Below, in pieces: positions 37,176-49,267 of a stretch of 64,000 bases of DNA (positions within the stretch are counted from its first letter, which is position 1; each line of letters starts with the position of its first letter). The position numbers and the translations under genes were made by a program. The DNA is from Takakia lepidozioides (Eukaryota > Plantae > Bryophyta): the NCBI GenBank assembly GCA_030704615.1, contig CM060733.1, positions 1,860,001-1,924,000 on the forward strand, given 5' to 3'. Under the pieces are notes generated by a model. That model had not been told where the DNA came from and did not search any database. It was given only the letters and a program-made list of their open reading frames with translations.

Positions 37176-40167
37176 AGGCGGTCACCCTTTATGTTTTGAA
37201 ATCTTCTTTTTCCAGGAGTCACTGAGCAAACTTTTTGAATCTGCTGCGGCCTTCTTTCGATCGTCCTGCATGAGGAGATTCCTTACATCACCCTCTACCG
37301 CAGGCTTTTCCCCAGTCTCCTACAGTTATCCTCGTTGGGCTCTCCCATCTTGGAGTTCAGAGGCAAAGAGGAAGCATCTCTTAGTTCAATCTGAAGTGGG
37401 TGCACCATACATGATATAAGATCCAGTACAAGCCAAGAGTTGCAGCGAAGGGGTCGGTGATGGGAAGCATCAAACCAGCTCCCATTCAGTAGTAGCTACT
37501 TGGGACTTCACCAGAGCACCAGATCTGCCAGAATCCTTGTAAACGTATAAATAGACTGTACATTGGAGAATCTTAGGAGAAATGTAGGATTACAATATGG
37601 CGTCCAAGCATGCTTGACTTGAAACTCTAGTGCAGGTTGGGCATGCTCACTTGAGCAATGTGAGACTCTTCGGGAGCTTTGACGAAATCATGACAGAGAT
37701 TAGAGTACTAGTGTCGAGCAACGTGGTAGATTGTTGCTGTCCTTTAATAAGCTCACGGAACATGGAGATGGATGGAGCACCCATCTGAGTTTCGTAAATT
37801 GGTGAGGTTGTAATCTGGTTACCACCTCAGCCAGACAGTCACCATTCTTTAGTGCAGGCTGAATGAAATATTGTCAGCCCCGAATTCAGAGAACATGCAA
37901 TAAACCCGACCGTGTTCTTGTTCTTTCGTACCAATTTTGCTTTGTAAAGTTGTGACGCATGAGGCTTGCTGATTACAAGCATTAGACTCTTCCACATTGA
38001 CCTGGTGTTGAACATTTGTCGAGTCCGGAAGGTCAGTGAGTCTACTCACAGTCCGGCAGCTTTGAGTCAATGAGTTGGTTTGTTTTAACGCTTTGTTGTC
38101 ACCGGCAGGTTTGCCTCAAGTAAACAATTGATATCAACATGATTTTCTCACTGTGTCTGATGCGAGAACTCAATGGAAAATGATCGTCAAGTCACCCCTA
38201 CTCACAAGCAACCTCAATCCTATATAAAAGTGTCCGAGCTGCTCCAGGCTTCTTGCAGAGCACAGAAGCACTGCTCGATGCAATGCAATACTGTCTTTGA
38301 ATAGTCAAATTAACAGAAAAACAACAACCACCAGATGGATTCTTAGCTTTTGGAAGAACTGTTGTGGGTCAGTACACGCGTTCATAACTGTAAAGCTCCT
38401 CATGATCAGCCAAGTTTCAGATGGGCAGTTAGCTACCTTTCATGCGCTCCTGGCGTCAGTCAGCAATTGGTGTACCGCTTTGAGTTGTGGGACTTGCAAG
38501 CATTGGAAGTTACACAGAATCCGTTAAACCCTGGCAGTTGCAAAATTTCAGCGGAGGAGAATGATCAAGACTGCTAGCGAGCTCCCCATATTAGTAGGGG
38601 AATAGGTAACACCCAATGTCTAGCCATGGGCATGAAGAGGCATTTTTCATTCATTACACGGCCACCAGTCCACACCCAGTGAACCTATTGACTCAGATTG
38701 AATGCAGTAGGGGAGGACTTTGCTGATTTGAAGCTTGGAAGTATCCCACTGAGTTGAGGTTATGAATCCGCTTCAAGGCGTCTGACCAATTCATTTCTAA
38801 AGGAACACAAACGACAGCCATTTTTAGCAATAATAGTGTCCATCCGCTGGTCGGACCCTGGAGAACAATCGCGCAAACCTTTTAGACTTTAGACCAGCAG
38901 ACGGTGCGTTTGTGTGCCAAATTTATTGTGCCGCTAATACCTATTTCATTGCATCCCAACATCTTCATTCTCTTCATTCATGAAGTCACACCTTCGAGAT
39001 GCCTACATATTCACTGTTGTAGCGTTATCAAGAAGGAACTTCCATGACATGAGAGAGAGGACCTAGTGCACGCCACCCCAAATCGAAGAGAAGATGTAAT
39101 TGTGTCGTGGATCCAGCTCGGACTGTGCATGCAGCCTGCAGGTTTGCCTTCCTACAACTAGGTGTGTCAAACAGTAGATATAATTGACTTCAACTGATAC
39201 AAAGACAATGCCCATCACAACAAACTAGCCCTTTCACCAAGCTAGCAATCTGGGCCCACAAATGGGCACGACAGAAACCGCGCTTCAAGCTAAGCCACCT
39301 CTCTCTGGCTTCCACCAACAAGAATCCCAAGCTCGGGCAACTTGAGGGCCCACAGACCTTGATCGATCCAACAGAAAGTAAAGCCATTCCTGCAGCAAAT
39401 CCGGTAAGCAGATGCAGATTAGCATTGATGAAGTGGTAAAATGGAGTCAAAGGCAGAGCATCGTGCAGGCTACGCCCCAATAAAAGCCATGATAAGGGGC
39501 TCTACCCACTTATTACACTCACCCACTCTGCGCGCAGCTACATGGACGGGGGTGATCTGGGCCAAGGTTAGGTGGCGGCTGCGCAATGATGCCTGCTTCA
39601 GCGGCTGCCGCCATTGCCACTCTGCCCGAGTAATTCCCTGGACCCAGTCTTGGGCTCTGGTACTCTTCACTTTATTAGCCTTCACTCGGCCATTGTACGA
39701 TCTGGGAACTTTGTACAGCAAAATATGAGCGGAGCCGAGTACTTTTATAGAGGAAGGTTTATAGTACTTTTGTAAAGCAAAACTTGGGCAAACAAGACTT
39801 GGAGCCTGGCCGCCATTGGTCCCCCAGTCAATAACTACGTAATGGGAGCCAGTCAAATGAGTATTCATTCAGTCAGGTTTTCTGGTATTTTTGAAGCAAG
39901 AGTGATGACTCGGAGGAGGAGTATGTTTGTGTGTACTTTGTACCAGAGCCAATTCTGGTAAGTTTTGAGCCCTATTCTCGTGCACTTCAGTAATAAACAT
40001 GACTCCCAGCATGTCAGATCCTTGAGTTTTTTAGTTTTCTTTGTTTTTCGTTCAAAGCAAGCCTAACTGTTTGGGCCACATTCTCCCTATAATTTATAGC
40101 GCAAGTGGACTTCCACTAGAGCCCACAATCCTCCAAACTGTTTGTCAGTGTTGACTGCAGAGGATCA

Positions 40168-40285
40168 GCAAAACACATTTGTGGGTTTTGCCTGAAAGAT
40201 CATAGTCTAGCAAAAAACAATTTGTGGGTTTTGCTTAAAAGATCACGGTCTAGCAAAACACATTTGTGGGCTTTGCTTTAAAGGT
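40168..40285. repeat. ~42-bp tandem array of palindromic units, interrupted by a SINE
   Basis: gcaaaacacatttgtgggttttgc-type unit x3 (40168, 40210, 40253); a partial fourth unit (tcatagcctagcaaaaaaaacatttgt) resumes at about 40532, after the SINE. Confidence 0.8.
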
Positions 40286-40525
40286 TAACCAACAGTTGGT
40301 AGGTCAGTTGGATAGTGCACTCAGAGCCACCCAGATGATTCTGGGGTCAACTCTTGCTACCTTGATGGCTGTTGGTATGTTCTTCTCCGTTCTCTCCCTT
40401 CCCTTGGGCGGTGTCCCATGTGAAAGCCTTCACGGAAAGAGGTTATTTTTTCCTCTAGCTATAATTAGGGGGCCCCATTTGTGAGCTGTCGCTCCCAGGT
40501 GTTTTCCTTTTTATCTTAAAAAAAA
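40286..40525 (+). mobile_element. Full-length tRNA-derived SINE (family A)
   Basis: Head taaccaacagttggTAGGTCAGTTGGatagtgcactcagagccacccagatgattctgGGGTCAACTCttgc (A box and B-like box), shared body and A-rich tail. Confidence 0.85.
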
Positions 40526-42783
40526 GATGGGTCATAGCCTAGCAAAAAAAACATTTGTAAGTAGTGGAGTGACATCCCCCAAATGTGGAGGGAACTCAGG
40601 GGAAGAAGAAACGACACAAAAACCAAGAAAGGGTCCGGGCAGCGGGCATTGATGGAAGGAACACGCCCAGAAATAACCGGACTTGGCGTAGGACCTGTGG
40701 TGTGAAAGCGAACAGAATGCTGCGGCAGGCGCCAGTTGCACCGTACCCTTGCAAGCCCGTTCCTAACGCCTCGCCAGTTATCGCTCGTCCATTTACCTGC
40801 ATCCGTCTGTTCGCCCTACTACTCGACAGTTGGACCTACGACTAGACCGCTACCTCTTTACATCCACGAAGTCTTACATTTCATTCGTCGACCATCCCAA
40901 GCCGATTAGTTAATTAATCAATGACTAGTTACACATTTAACTCCCATGTACCCCTAATCCAATATTAGTTCGCGAATTACGACAGAATGAGGGCGCCACG
41001 CGTTGCCGCTTCCGTCCGGACATACAACCTGCGCTGTCCCCCGTTTTCACTACACCCCCGCACGCCCGTCCCATCCGGCGCTGCCCGAGAGTTCCGGGCA
41101 GATAACAGAGAAACATATCTAGAGAACGGGAGACCGGTCATAAGCGGTCAACAGAGCTACTCCTAACTCGCCGCTCTGACAGGCCCACCGACCAAAGGAC
41201 AGCAACGGATGGAACGGCGCATCCATCCAGGGATGAAAGAAAGGGAATGATCGCGCCTAACTTCACCCCGCACATAATTGTTCGCAAGGTAACGGCCGCC
41301 CGGCCCCACCCTCCGCCGCCCGCGTCAGTAACGCCTCGCCTCGTCGCCCAATCGCCGGGTCGGGATCCGGGCCGGGGTGTGGGGGGCGCGGTGGGACGCG
41401 AAGCGGGGCCGTGGTAATGATTGCCGCCGGGCAGCGCTGGAAACGGGCAGCGGGCAGGCCAGCGCATCCGGAGTCGGAAGAGGCGGGCGATCAGCCGGCC
41501 GTTCTGCGGGCCGACTGTCGCGGGCTGAGATATAACCGCTGCGGGCTTCGGCCGACGGCCAATCAGTGGGCGCCGCGTGAAGCTGCCGCTTAACGCCCCC
41601 TACTCTTCTTCTTCCCGGTCCGCTGTAACGGCCCCGTCCCATTCATCCACATCCATCCTCAGTCAACCGCGCTAGATACCGGGTCCGGTCAAAGCGACAT
41701 GGAATGTGTCCGTCCCTGGATGTGATGTGATGCGATGTGATGCGTGGTACATGTTTCCAGATGCTGCGTGGTGTTGTATCCATCATCATGCCTTGTACAT
41801 GTGCCTTGTTACGCTGCTGCAATGATCGAGTGAGAACTACTTGGACTCTGGAGGGGTCGGGTCATCTTGTTGGGGATAGCCTTGAGAGCGCCCAAGGGCT
41901 TGCACTCAACTTAAGTATACCACAAAGCATGAGCTTGACTTCGACAGTCTTATGTGCTCTTCCCTACTAGCACACTTTTGCGCTGGTGCTAGTCCAACGT
42001 GGGTATTGTTTCCATCAGGCAGTGGCAGATGCAAACAATGATGCGAAGTGCTTTGCTGATCGAATTGTAGAAATGGCATAATTTCATACAAATTGGAGTT
42101 CATTTCAGACATAGTGATGTGGAAAGTTAAGGAAAGGGAAGAAAAGGAAAGAAAGTGTAGATTTTTGAGATGTGCAGTGAGATACTTGAGCTACAGCTGG
42201 TCACCCAGAGGTAATCAATGGAACATAAGGCACAATTCTGTCAAATCTAAACTAGAATTACGCGCAAACTACTTGTCATTTCAGTCTAAAAAGAGATGAA
42301 GCCCCCCATATGCAATGTTTCATGATGATACTGCTGGCTACACGGAGTCCAAGCTTTGCAATTTTGTCATCTATATTCACACTAACTGTCACATAATGTA
42401 GAGTGAAAACACCAAAGAGCCACCTTCTCTGCTTTATCTCCAGAACAGACTCCAACTCCAGTGCCTCACAAACCACCAACACCCCAGCTTTATTCATCAG
42501 GACTCTGCATTATGCCACTCCAGCAGCATGACAGCCCTTTTATCCCAGATTTTGACCATTCTCCTGCTTTAGAACCAATTTTGGTTCTAAAATCAGAACC
42601 AAAAATGCTGGTGTCAAAACAAAATGCTCAGCATGGCTTCAAACCTTTCAGCATTGACTGCCAATTAGAAAGGAAAGCGTGTGGGACAGAGCTTCTAGTT
42701 TAATGAGTCTGGAAAGACTTCGATTCATGTGACTCTAGAGTTTCACTTCAATGTTCATTGATGATTTATTTTGTCATTTGCAG

Positions 42784-45700
42784 TTAACATTCAAGAATCG
42801 CTTCCCCGAATTTGACATGTAGAGCATGGCTTGCCTGCATCAATCCATGTCATTGTGATTAGAAACTGAGAGTGAGTGATGACAGATGTATCTATTGACT
42901 GTTCCTTGTAGCTATCGGTGATGCCCTCAAGTCAGCATCCACATGAGATACTGACACCCTGACACCAGCAATGTGGTGAGCGGGGAGACAGCCAGCTCCC
43001 CTTCAAATGGAAAATCCCTGCATTCCACTGTTGCCACGCCAGAGTTTGCATCCCAAAGTATTGACAACTGAACTTTACTTAGGGAGGGGGTGAGATGTTG
43101 CAGAAACCAGGTAGTACCTTGAAGGCTATAATATGGGCAAGAGGAAGGCCAGGGTGACCAGGAGAAGCACAAAGTGCCAGGTCTCCCATCAAATCAAGCA
43201 GCTTGTGCCTGCATGGCTCATCAGCGAACCGCAGTGGGGGATTTAGCCACCCCTTCTCCTGACTGCCAAAAGGGCAACCACAAGTAGATGGATGAAGTGA
43301 TGATTATTGCCATATGTTATTCCTTGCATGTTAGAGCTTTACTTTTTTGGTCCTATCTCTCACTCTCTCCCTTCACTCTTTGGGCTGGGCACAACAAAGC
43401 CAACCGAATGCAACTTCCTCTAGGAACTGGGCGCAGGATCTATCTTTATAAGGCTTGCAAACCAAGTCTGACAAATACATCTATCTGCCTGTCACATTTG
43501 TCATCTCTGTTTCCACATAGATGGCTGGAGCAAAATGCTGGCATAAACCTCATGCTTTGAATATTTTAATATTCTTGCCAGCACATCCATCAACAAATTT
43601 TCTCCAGGTAGTTGTCAACCACTGTGCATGAGCGGTACAGTAATTTCAGGAGGTGTCTCATTTGCCTGTAATGGGTTTAAATCCATGGGAATTACCCCAC
43701 CTATCCTAGTATCCCAAAAGGGCAATTTATAGCCAAACGTTTGCAGGAAATGGTCAATCAGTAAATCATCTGCTTGTCTCTCCCACACATACATACTGCT
43801 ATGACATAAACATGTCCACTAAGCTATAGACAGACGAGTCCACTATATAATTGGCGTGAGCATCCACAGGTAAACTATATTTACTGTTAGACATGACATT
43901 ATTGATCCAAATGTGCCCAATTGGCATAGAAAGACAAAAATGTTTGGTAAAGAAAAGCAACGAAACAAGAAGGGATGTACCTGCAGACCAGCGCATTGTC
44001 CAAGGATCCACCCTTAATGAGCCCAGCTGCGCGAAGCTGCTCTATCTGCACGCACATTTGCCCCATCCATTCATCCATCCATTCATCTGCACTCATGACT
44101 GCTGCATACATCCACTCACCCACTGTTTTCTTGTGAGCACCCTCGCTTCCTCTCTCTCTGCTTCCAGAGGCCATACTGGATTGCTTGTAACCGGATAGAC
44201 ATCAAGCTGTGCACGACTCCACTGCAAGCTCACAGCACCCCTGATTTCATCTGTAGGTAATAAAAACAAGGCAAAAAGAATATGGCAAGTTCAGGTTGAA
44301 TCTCATACCCTGCTGTCCTGATGCCCCACAACTGGCTCCCAAGAGAGGTTAGCACCCAACGGAGCCTATACCCTCAAGGCTACAGCATTCAACATCTGCA
44401 TCGACATTGCCTATCTCCGCGCAGAGGTACTGTAGACTACACAGGCACCTATGTTCAGCGGTGGTCAACAAATGTGTAAGGTGTAGAGAATCCAACGGTC
44501 CCTCCCTCATTCTTTTTATTGTCAATGGATAAGCATCGATTGGACAGTGTTCTCCCAATCTGAGTAACTAGAATAAAGTTTGTGACAACAGACACTAAAA
44601 GGTGATAAAAGTTTCATGGCCTCTGTCTCCCTGAGGTCGGACATCACATCACATTCATGCTTTCACCTTTATTATGGGCTGACTAAGAACCAAGTTATGT
44701 CTATAAAGTAATATGTTATTTTTTCAACAACAGGAAGGGCTTCCACGTATTCATACATCTTCATACAGCAGATAGTGCTGTTGTATTTCCTCAACCAGGA
44801 GCAACCAAGGGCCAAAGCAGCAAACAGAGGTAGATATGACCTGCTCAAACATGCCAAACGTGCGGGCAGGGGCTACTTCACACTTGTAGGAAGCATCATC
44901 AGTGGGGCTCCAGGTGAACCATTGTCTTCCTATCACTTCTACCTGCATTGATCAGAACCAAACTGTTTAAGGCTCTTCTTTTCCACAGAATTGATGCGAG
45001 TAAGAGTCAAGCAGGAAAGCCCAAAATATGAAGAGCTCCACCTGAGGAAAATCAATGCCATATGTGAGGCGTGTGGTCGAGGATGGGAATGCAGCTACAA
45101 AAGAATCTCCATGGCAGACGGTGACTGGTTTCTCTATCACAAGCACCCTCCTCGACAATTGAGCTCCGGTCTTGTCTGCTGCAATGGTGATGCCTGCTGC
45201 TTCAATGGCCTGGACCCATTCATACGCTGAGCCGTCCAGCAATGGCACCTGTTTGCCCCCACCGATGCACAAAAGCATAACCACAGATATCCAAAATTGA
45301 TAGCTTCTGCACCCCAGAGAGAACTCACAATAGCCAAGGTGGAAGAATTCCATGACACCAAGTCCTGGATAACTACATGCATTGCCACAACATCCTACAA
45401 CCTGTAGAGGTACGATCTGAAATTCCTCCTCAAAACAACCAAGCTACAAAATCTCACCTAAGAATCTCTGGATTAGTTTGTGGTATTGCCAGATGAAGAC
45501 AATCGTTGACTACACAAAACAATAAACTCTCAACCAGAAGGAAAAACAAAACAAAAAGATGGAATCAGAGGACCGACAAATAGAAGGCTTGAGGGTTTAG
45601 TCAACTGACACACCTCATTCCCGCCCTCAATCTCTATGCGACAATTATCAACACCCAGTCCCTCCAAGGCCGATAAGAGGTGCTCCACTGTTCGCACAAC

Positions 45701-46869
45701 AACTTGACCATTGCCTATACATGTACTGAGCCTTGAGTCTCTTACATTCTTCACACATGCAGTAATCCTTGCATCCTCTTGCTCTCCCTTGCTGCCAATA
45801 TTGGCACTTCCATTGTTGTTGCAAACAAAGTACCTTCCTTCTCCTGCAGCTGCTGAAAAGAGTTTCACTGTAGCCCTCTCTCCCGTGTGTAACCCCACTC
45901 CAACACATGTGACTGGCTCTGACAGCGTGTGTTGAGGTCGGCCGGTCTGAATGAATATGAAATTCTTAAGAGTGCAAAAGTAGCACATCCAAGAAGTGTG
46001 GCGTACAAAATTTATTTCTCTCCTGCCAACATACTAAGAGAATGCAGTAGATACTGCTATCCTCGTAGCTGAGGTAGAAGTGTAGGTTTGCCTGCAAATT
46101 TAGATGAAATCACTGCAATTGGCAGAATGAGAACTAGACCTCAAACGTCCTTCATGGATGTGTTCAGGCACGCACATGCTGGTTCTTAATTGGCAACCGC
46201 CAGGGGAGGTCTACTGCATCGTCTTCCAAAGGAATTCGCTGGACTACACTGCCGGCTTTTCACACCGTGAGTTGAGTCCTCGTAACTTCATCTTTGCAGA
46301 TGAAGTTAACCCGGCTGCTGAATGAGGGATCCAAAGAAATGGCCTGATAATAGATGTCGTCCTCCACATAATCTAGGGGAGATTTCCTCCTGTTTCGCGT
46401 ATTTTTAAATTCAAAACCTAATTGTAACACACCAGGTAGAAAGAACCAAAAACTTCTCAGTACAGAACCATACACGTCGTACGCGTTAATAAAGTACATT
46501 CCAACTTAGGCAGCTGTATGCACAAGAGAGGAAGTTCAATCCACACCTCCAAAATACAGTACTCTACACGTGCAATTGAGGCGAGTGAGGCGTCCATACC
46601 TCTATCCGGTTCCCAAGATCAAACCGTTGCTCCACGGCAGGTAATCCACAACTCGCAGCAGTCACACTGGCTTCCCCCTCGCACCTTACTACAGTCAGCC
46701 TTCGTCCACCACCATCGCCAGGAGCCCGCAGAAGATTGATAGACCGAAAAATGCAAGATACTCTTTTCTCGGGGTGACGGAAACTAAGCCTCCCTCTCAT
46801 GGTCGGAAGACCTGGATTCAGATAGACATGATTTGAGCAGAAAAGCAAAGAGTTCATGGAATAGGTCAT
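42784..46869 (-). CDS. LpxC: UDP-3-O-acyl-N-acetylglucosamine deacetylase (lipid A pathway), organelle-targeted
   Basis: Exons 46869-46600, 45946-45614, 45248-45042, 44942-44841, 44045-43981, 43262-43118, 42834-42784, all GT-AG and in phase. Motifs [66 protein letters not shown] and FKASHALH. The first exon and start codon are less certain. Confidence 0.93.
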
Positions 46870-47196
46870 CGAAATCCTACAACACACCAGTCCTTCAATT
46901 TTCTGCCCACCTTCCCCGCATTTCAAACCCTAACAATCTTCAGCAGCCCCCATCTCCTTCCCCCAGCGCTCTCGCGAGGAGGGCGGGAGGCCGCACGGAG
47001 CCAACAGAGATGAATGATATATTCGGATGAACAATGGAGGGGAAACGGATGATAACTTAATGTATCCTTATCTCTAATAACGGTTAGTTTACGTTGCACT
47101 ATCACGACACTTGGCGGCCTCCCCATCAGTAGTGTCACACTTTATGTACGGAAGATATACACTATTTGTCTTGCATAAAATGGGAGATAATCTGGG

Positions 47197-47486
47197 TTTT
47201 TATTTTTATTTTTATTTAAGTTTTATTTTTAAATTTTAAATTTTAAATTTTTTAAATTTTTTTAAAGGGAAACACCTGGGATCGACAGCTCACAAATCAG
47301 GCCCCTTAGTAGTGAGAGGAGAAAATAACCTCTTTCATTTATGCGCCATGGAGACGAACAAGTGGGACACCTCCCAGGGAAGGAGGAGAAGAGAATACCA
47401 CACCCGTCAAGTAGCAAGATTTGACCCCAGAATCATCTGGGTGGCACTCAGTGCACTTAACCAACTGAGCTACTGACTGTTGGTTA
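47197..47486 (-). mobile_element. Full-length tRNA-derived SINE (family A) with A-rich tail
   Basis: Minus strand: taaccaacagtcagTAGCTCAGTTGGttaagtgcactgagtgccacccagatgattctgGGGTCAAATCttgc...gaaagaggttattttctcctctcac...ggggcctgatttgtgagctgtcgatcccaggtgtttccc, then an A-rich tail. Confidence 0.85.
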
Positions 47487-48574
47487 CTTTTTATCTTTTC
47501 GGTGTGGTCTGTTTCCTGGGGATTGATTATTCGCTTGAACTAATAAAAAGAAAATCGTTTTTTTTTTTTTTAAAAGAACAGGGGACTGAGGCCCTAGAAA
47601 TTTATTAAAGGAGAATAATCAGATACAAGAGGAAAAAATAACCTCTAGTGGCCGTGAAGGCAAGAAAATCGTCGGTGAGTCCGAAATTATCCATGTCGTT
47701 TTGCACACAATGCCTCAAATTCGTAACGTCCTGAGTGCATTCTTCAATACACGATTCCGCAACACTTTTCTTTTCTTTTCTTTTTTGGTGAAATGGAGTG
47801 GACACACTTGGGGACAAAAAGGTCCAAAAAGAACAAAGAGGAAAAATTAACATATGGTGGGTGCCATAGCCAGGAAGCCACTTAGGAAGAAATCAACAAC
47901 AATAAATCAACAATAACCAACAATAAATCAGAAGTCTGCAAAGAGGAATCCCCAAAATTGGAGAGACCCCAAGGAAGAAAGCTGACAAAACACTCGGGGC
48001 GGGGGGGGGGTGCCATGGAGGCAATTCCAGGAAGGCACAGATCTGAATGTCAAGGAAACAGGAGCCTGCCAAGGGAGAGAAACTCCAAGAGGCATAAATT
48101 ATGGTGTCTCTTCACCCCCAATGGTTACCTGCCTTATGCTAGAAAGGTGGATACCTTTGTGACGACAAGGGTGGATCGAACCCACAACCACTTCCTAGGT
48201 GGTATGTGCCCATTACCACTTGACTACAACTTGGTTGTCCTAAGAGACAAAGCTATCTCTTGCTGAAACTATCAAAGGAGAGCTGAACCTCAAACTTTCC
48301 CTTCCTAAAAGATCTCCAGTCTCTCCTCGGGCTCCTCTCCATCCAAGGGGGAGCGTTTAGCACTAAGAGAGCTGCCAGCTTGTTGGGATGTTGTTGCACC
48401 AATGTAATCCTTGACTGTATCAAGGATCCTTGTCTGGAGCAGATTACATCTGCCCATGTTATTCCCAATATTTGGTCCATGCAGTAGGTGAGCCTGGTTG
48501 GCTTTGATTGCGAAGGACTGCCGAAATACGCGCACCATTGGAGGCTTTTACAAGGAGTCCAAGTACGTCTTATG

Positions 48575-48867
48575 CAGTGTTTTTTTTTTTCATATTTTCC
48601 AAAATCGCTGGCAGGGCCACCGGTGAATTCTATCCAGTGTCCATGTGGCGACGATAACGAGGTGACAGAGCTAGACAAGTGGCTATATTCCACATGGCAT
48701 GATGTAACTGGTCCATGTCGGCAAGATTAGGCTCCTGAAATTCATATGCTGGTGTTTTTATTTTGGCAAAATCCTCATATTTTACCCCCCATAATTCCTT
48801 TGTACAAGTAGCTGACCAAATTTCCAGGTCGAAATCTGGCGATTTTTCGCCTGAAAAAAAAACACTG
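48575..48867. mobile_element. hAT-like MITE
   Basis: TIRs cagtg-T-run-ca at 48575 and tgaaaaaaaaacactg ending 48867, with subterminal aaaatcgc/gcgatttt. TSD degraded. Confidence 0.7.
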
Positions 48868-48887
48868 GACTCTTATAGAGTCTCAAC

Positions 48888-49259
48888 CAATGTTGGGCGG
48901 GTCCAGGTTTTGAAGAGTGTTGGGCAGATATGAGTGATTAGGATATCAACCCGAATATCAATGTATCCAGACCCCGGAACAGACATTTATTAGTATCCAG
49001 GTTAGATGCATAAATACGAAAAAATAAATAAAAATAAATAAATAAAATCCTTTACCCGGTGTAATACCCGGCAGATATCATGAGTCCGGCTAATACCCCT
49101 CAATACCTGGTGGATCTCAGCCCTAAACTTAATAACCGAAGTGCATACCAAGATCCGCTGTCATGGTAATACCCGGAACTGGCGGATATCTAGAACCAAA
49201 GGTTTTTAATATCCGGAACCAGCATATATGGAAAAAAGGTGTAGATCCACCCAACACTG
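48888..49259. mobile_element. hAT-like MITE
   Basis: TIRs caatgttgggcgggtc and gatccacccaacactg; flanks gtctcaac and gtttcacc (6/8 match, eroded 8-bp TSD); internal atacccgg/atatcc motifs. Confidence 0.75.
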
Positions 49260-49267
49260 GTTTCACC

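Noticed and set aside
39100-40020. Solo LTR
   Set aside because: The composition is LTR-like, but no TG…CA boundaries with TSD, PBS or PPT could be fixed.
40168-40285. CRISPR array
   Set aside because: The segments between palindromes are themselves repeated (no unique spacers), there are no cas genes, and the context is eukaryotic. The same applies to 50106-50288.
41247-41288. AHL/PPC-domain exon (MIAPNFTPHIIVRK resembles NFTPHII)
   Set aside because: Only a 7-residue match; no AT-hook upstream and no downstream PPC exons found.
46260-46420. Extra LpxC exon between exon 1 and the catalytic exons
   Set aside because: The available acceptors give the wrong phase or in-frame stops, and exon 1 joins 45946 in frame without it.
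1-46869. A bacterial HGT island or contamination linking PEPC and LpxC
   Set aside because: Both genes have spliceosomal introns and are 40 kb apart with a plant MYB and plant TEs between them. LpxC is a normal, widespread plant nuclear gene.
47410-47486. Functional tRNA-Gly gene
   Set aside because: No proper acceptor or T stems, a variant B box, and it is fused to a repeated body with an A-rich tail, so it is a SINE head.
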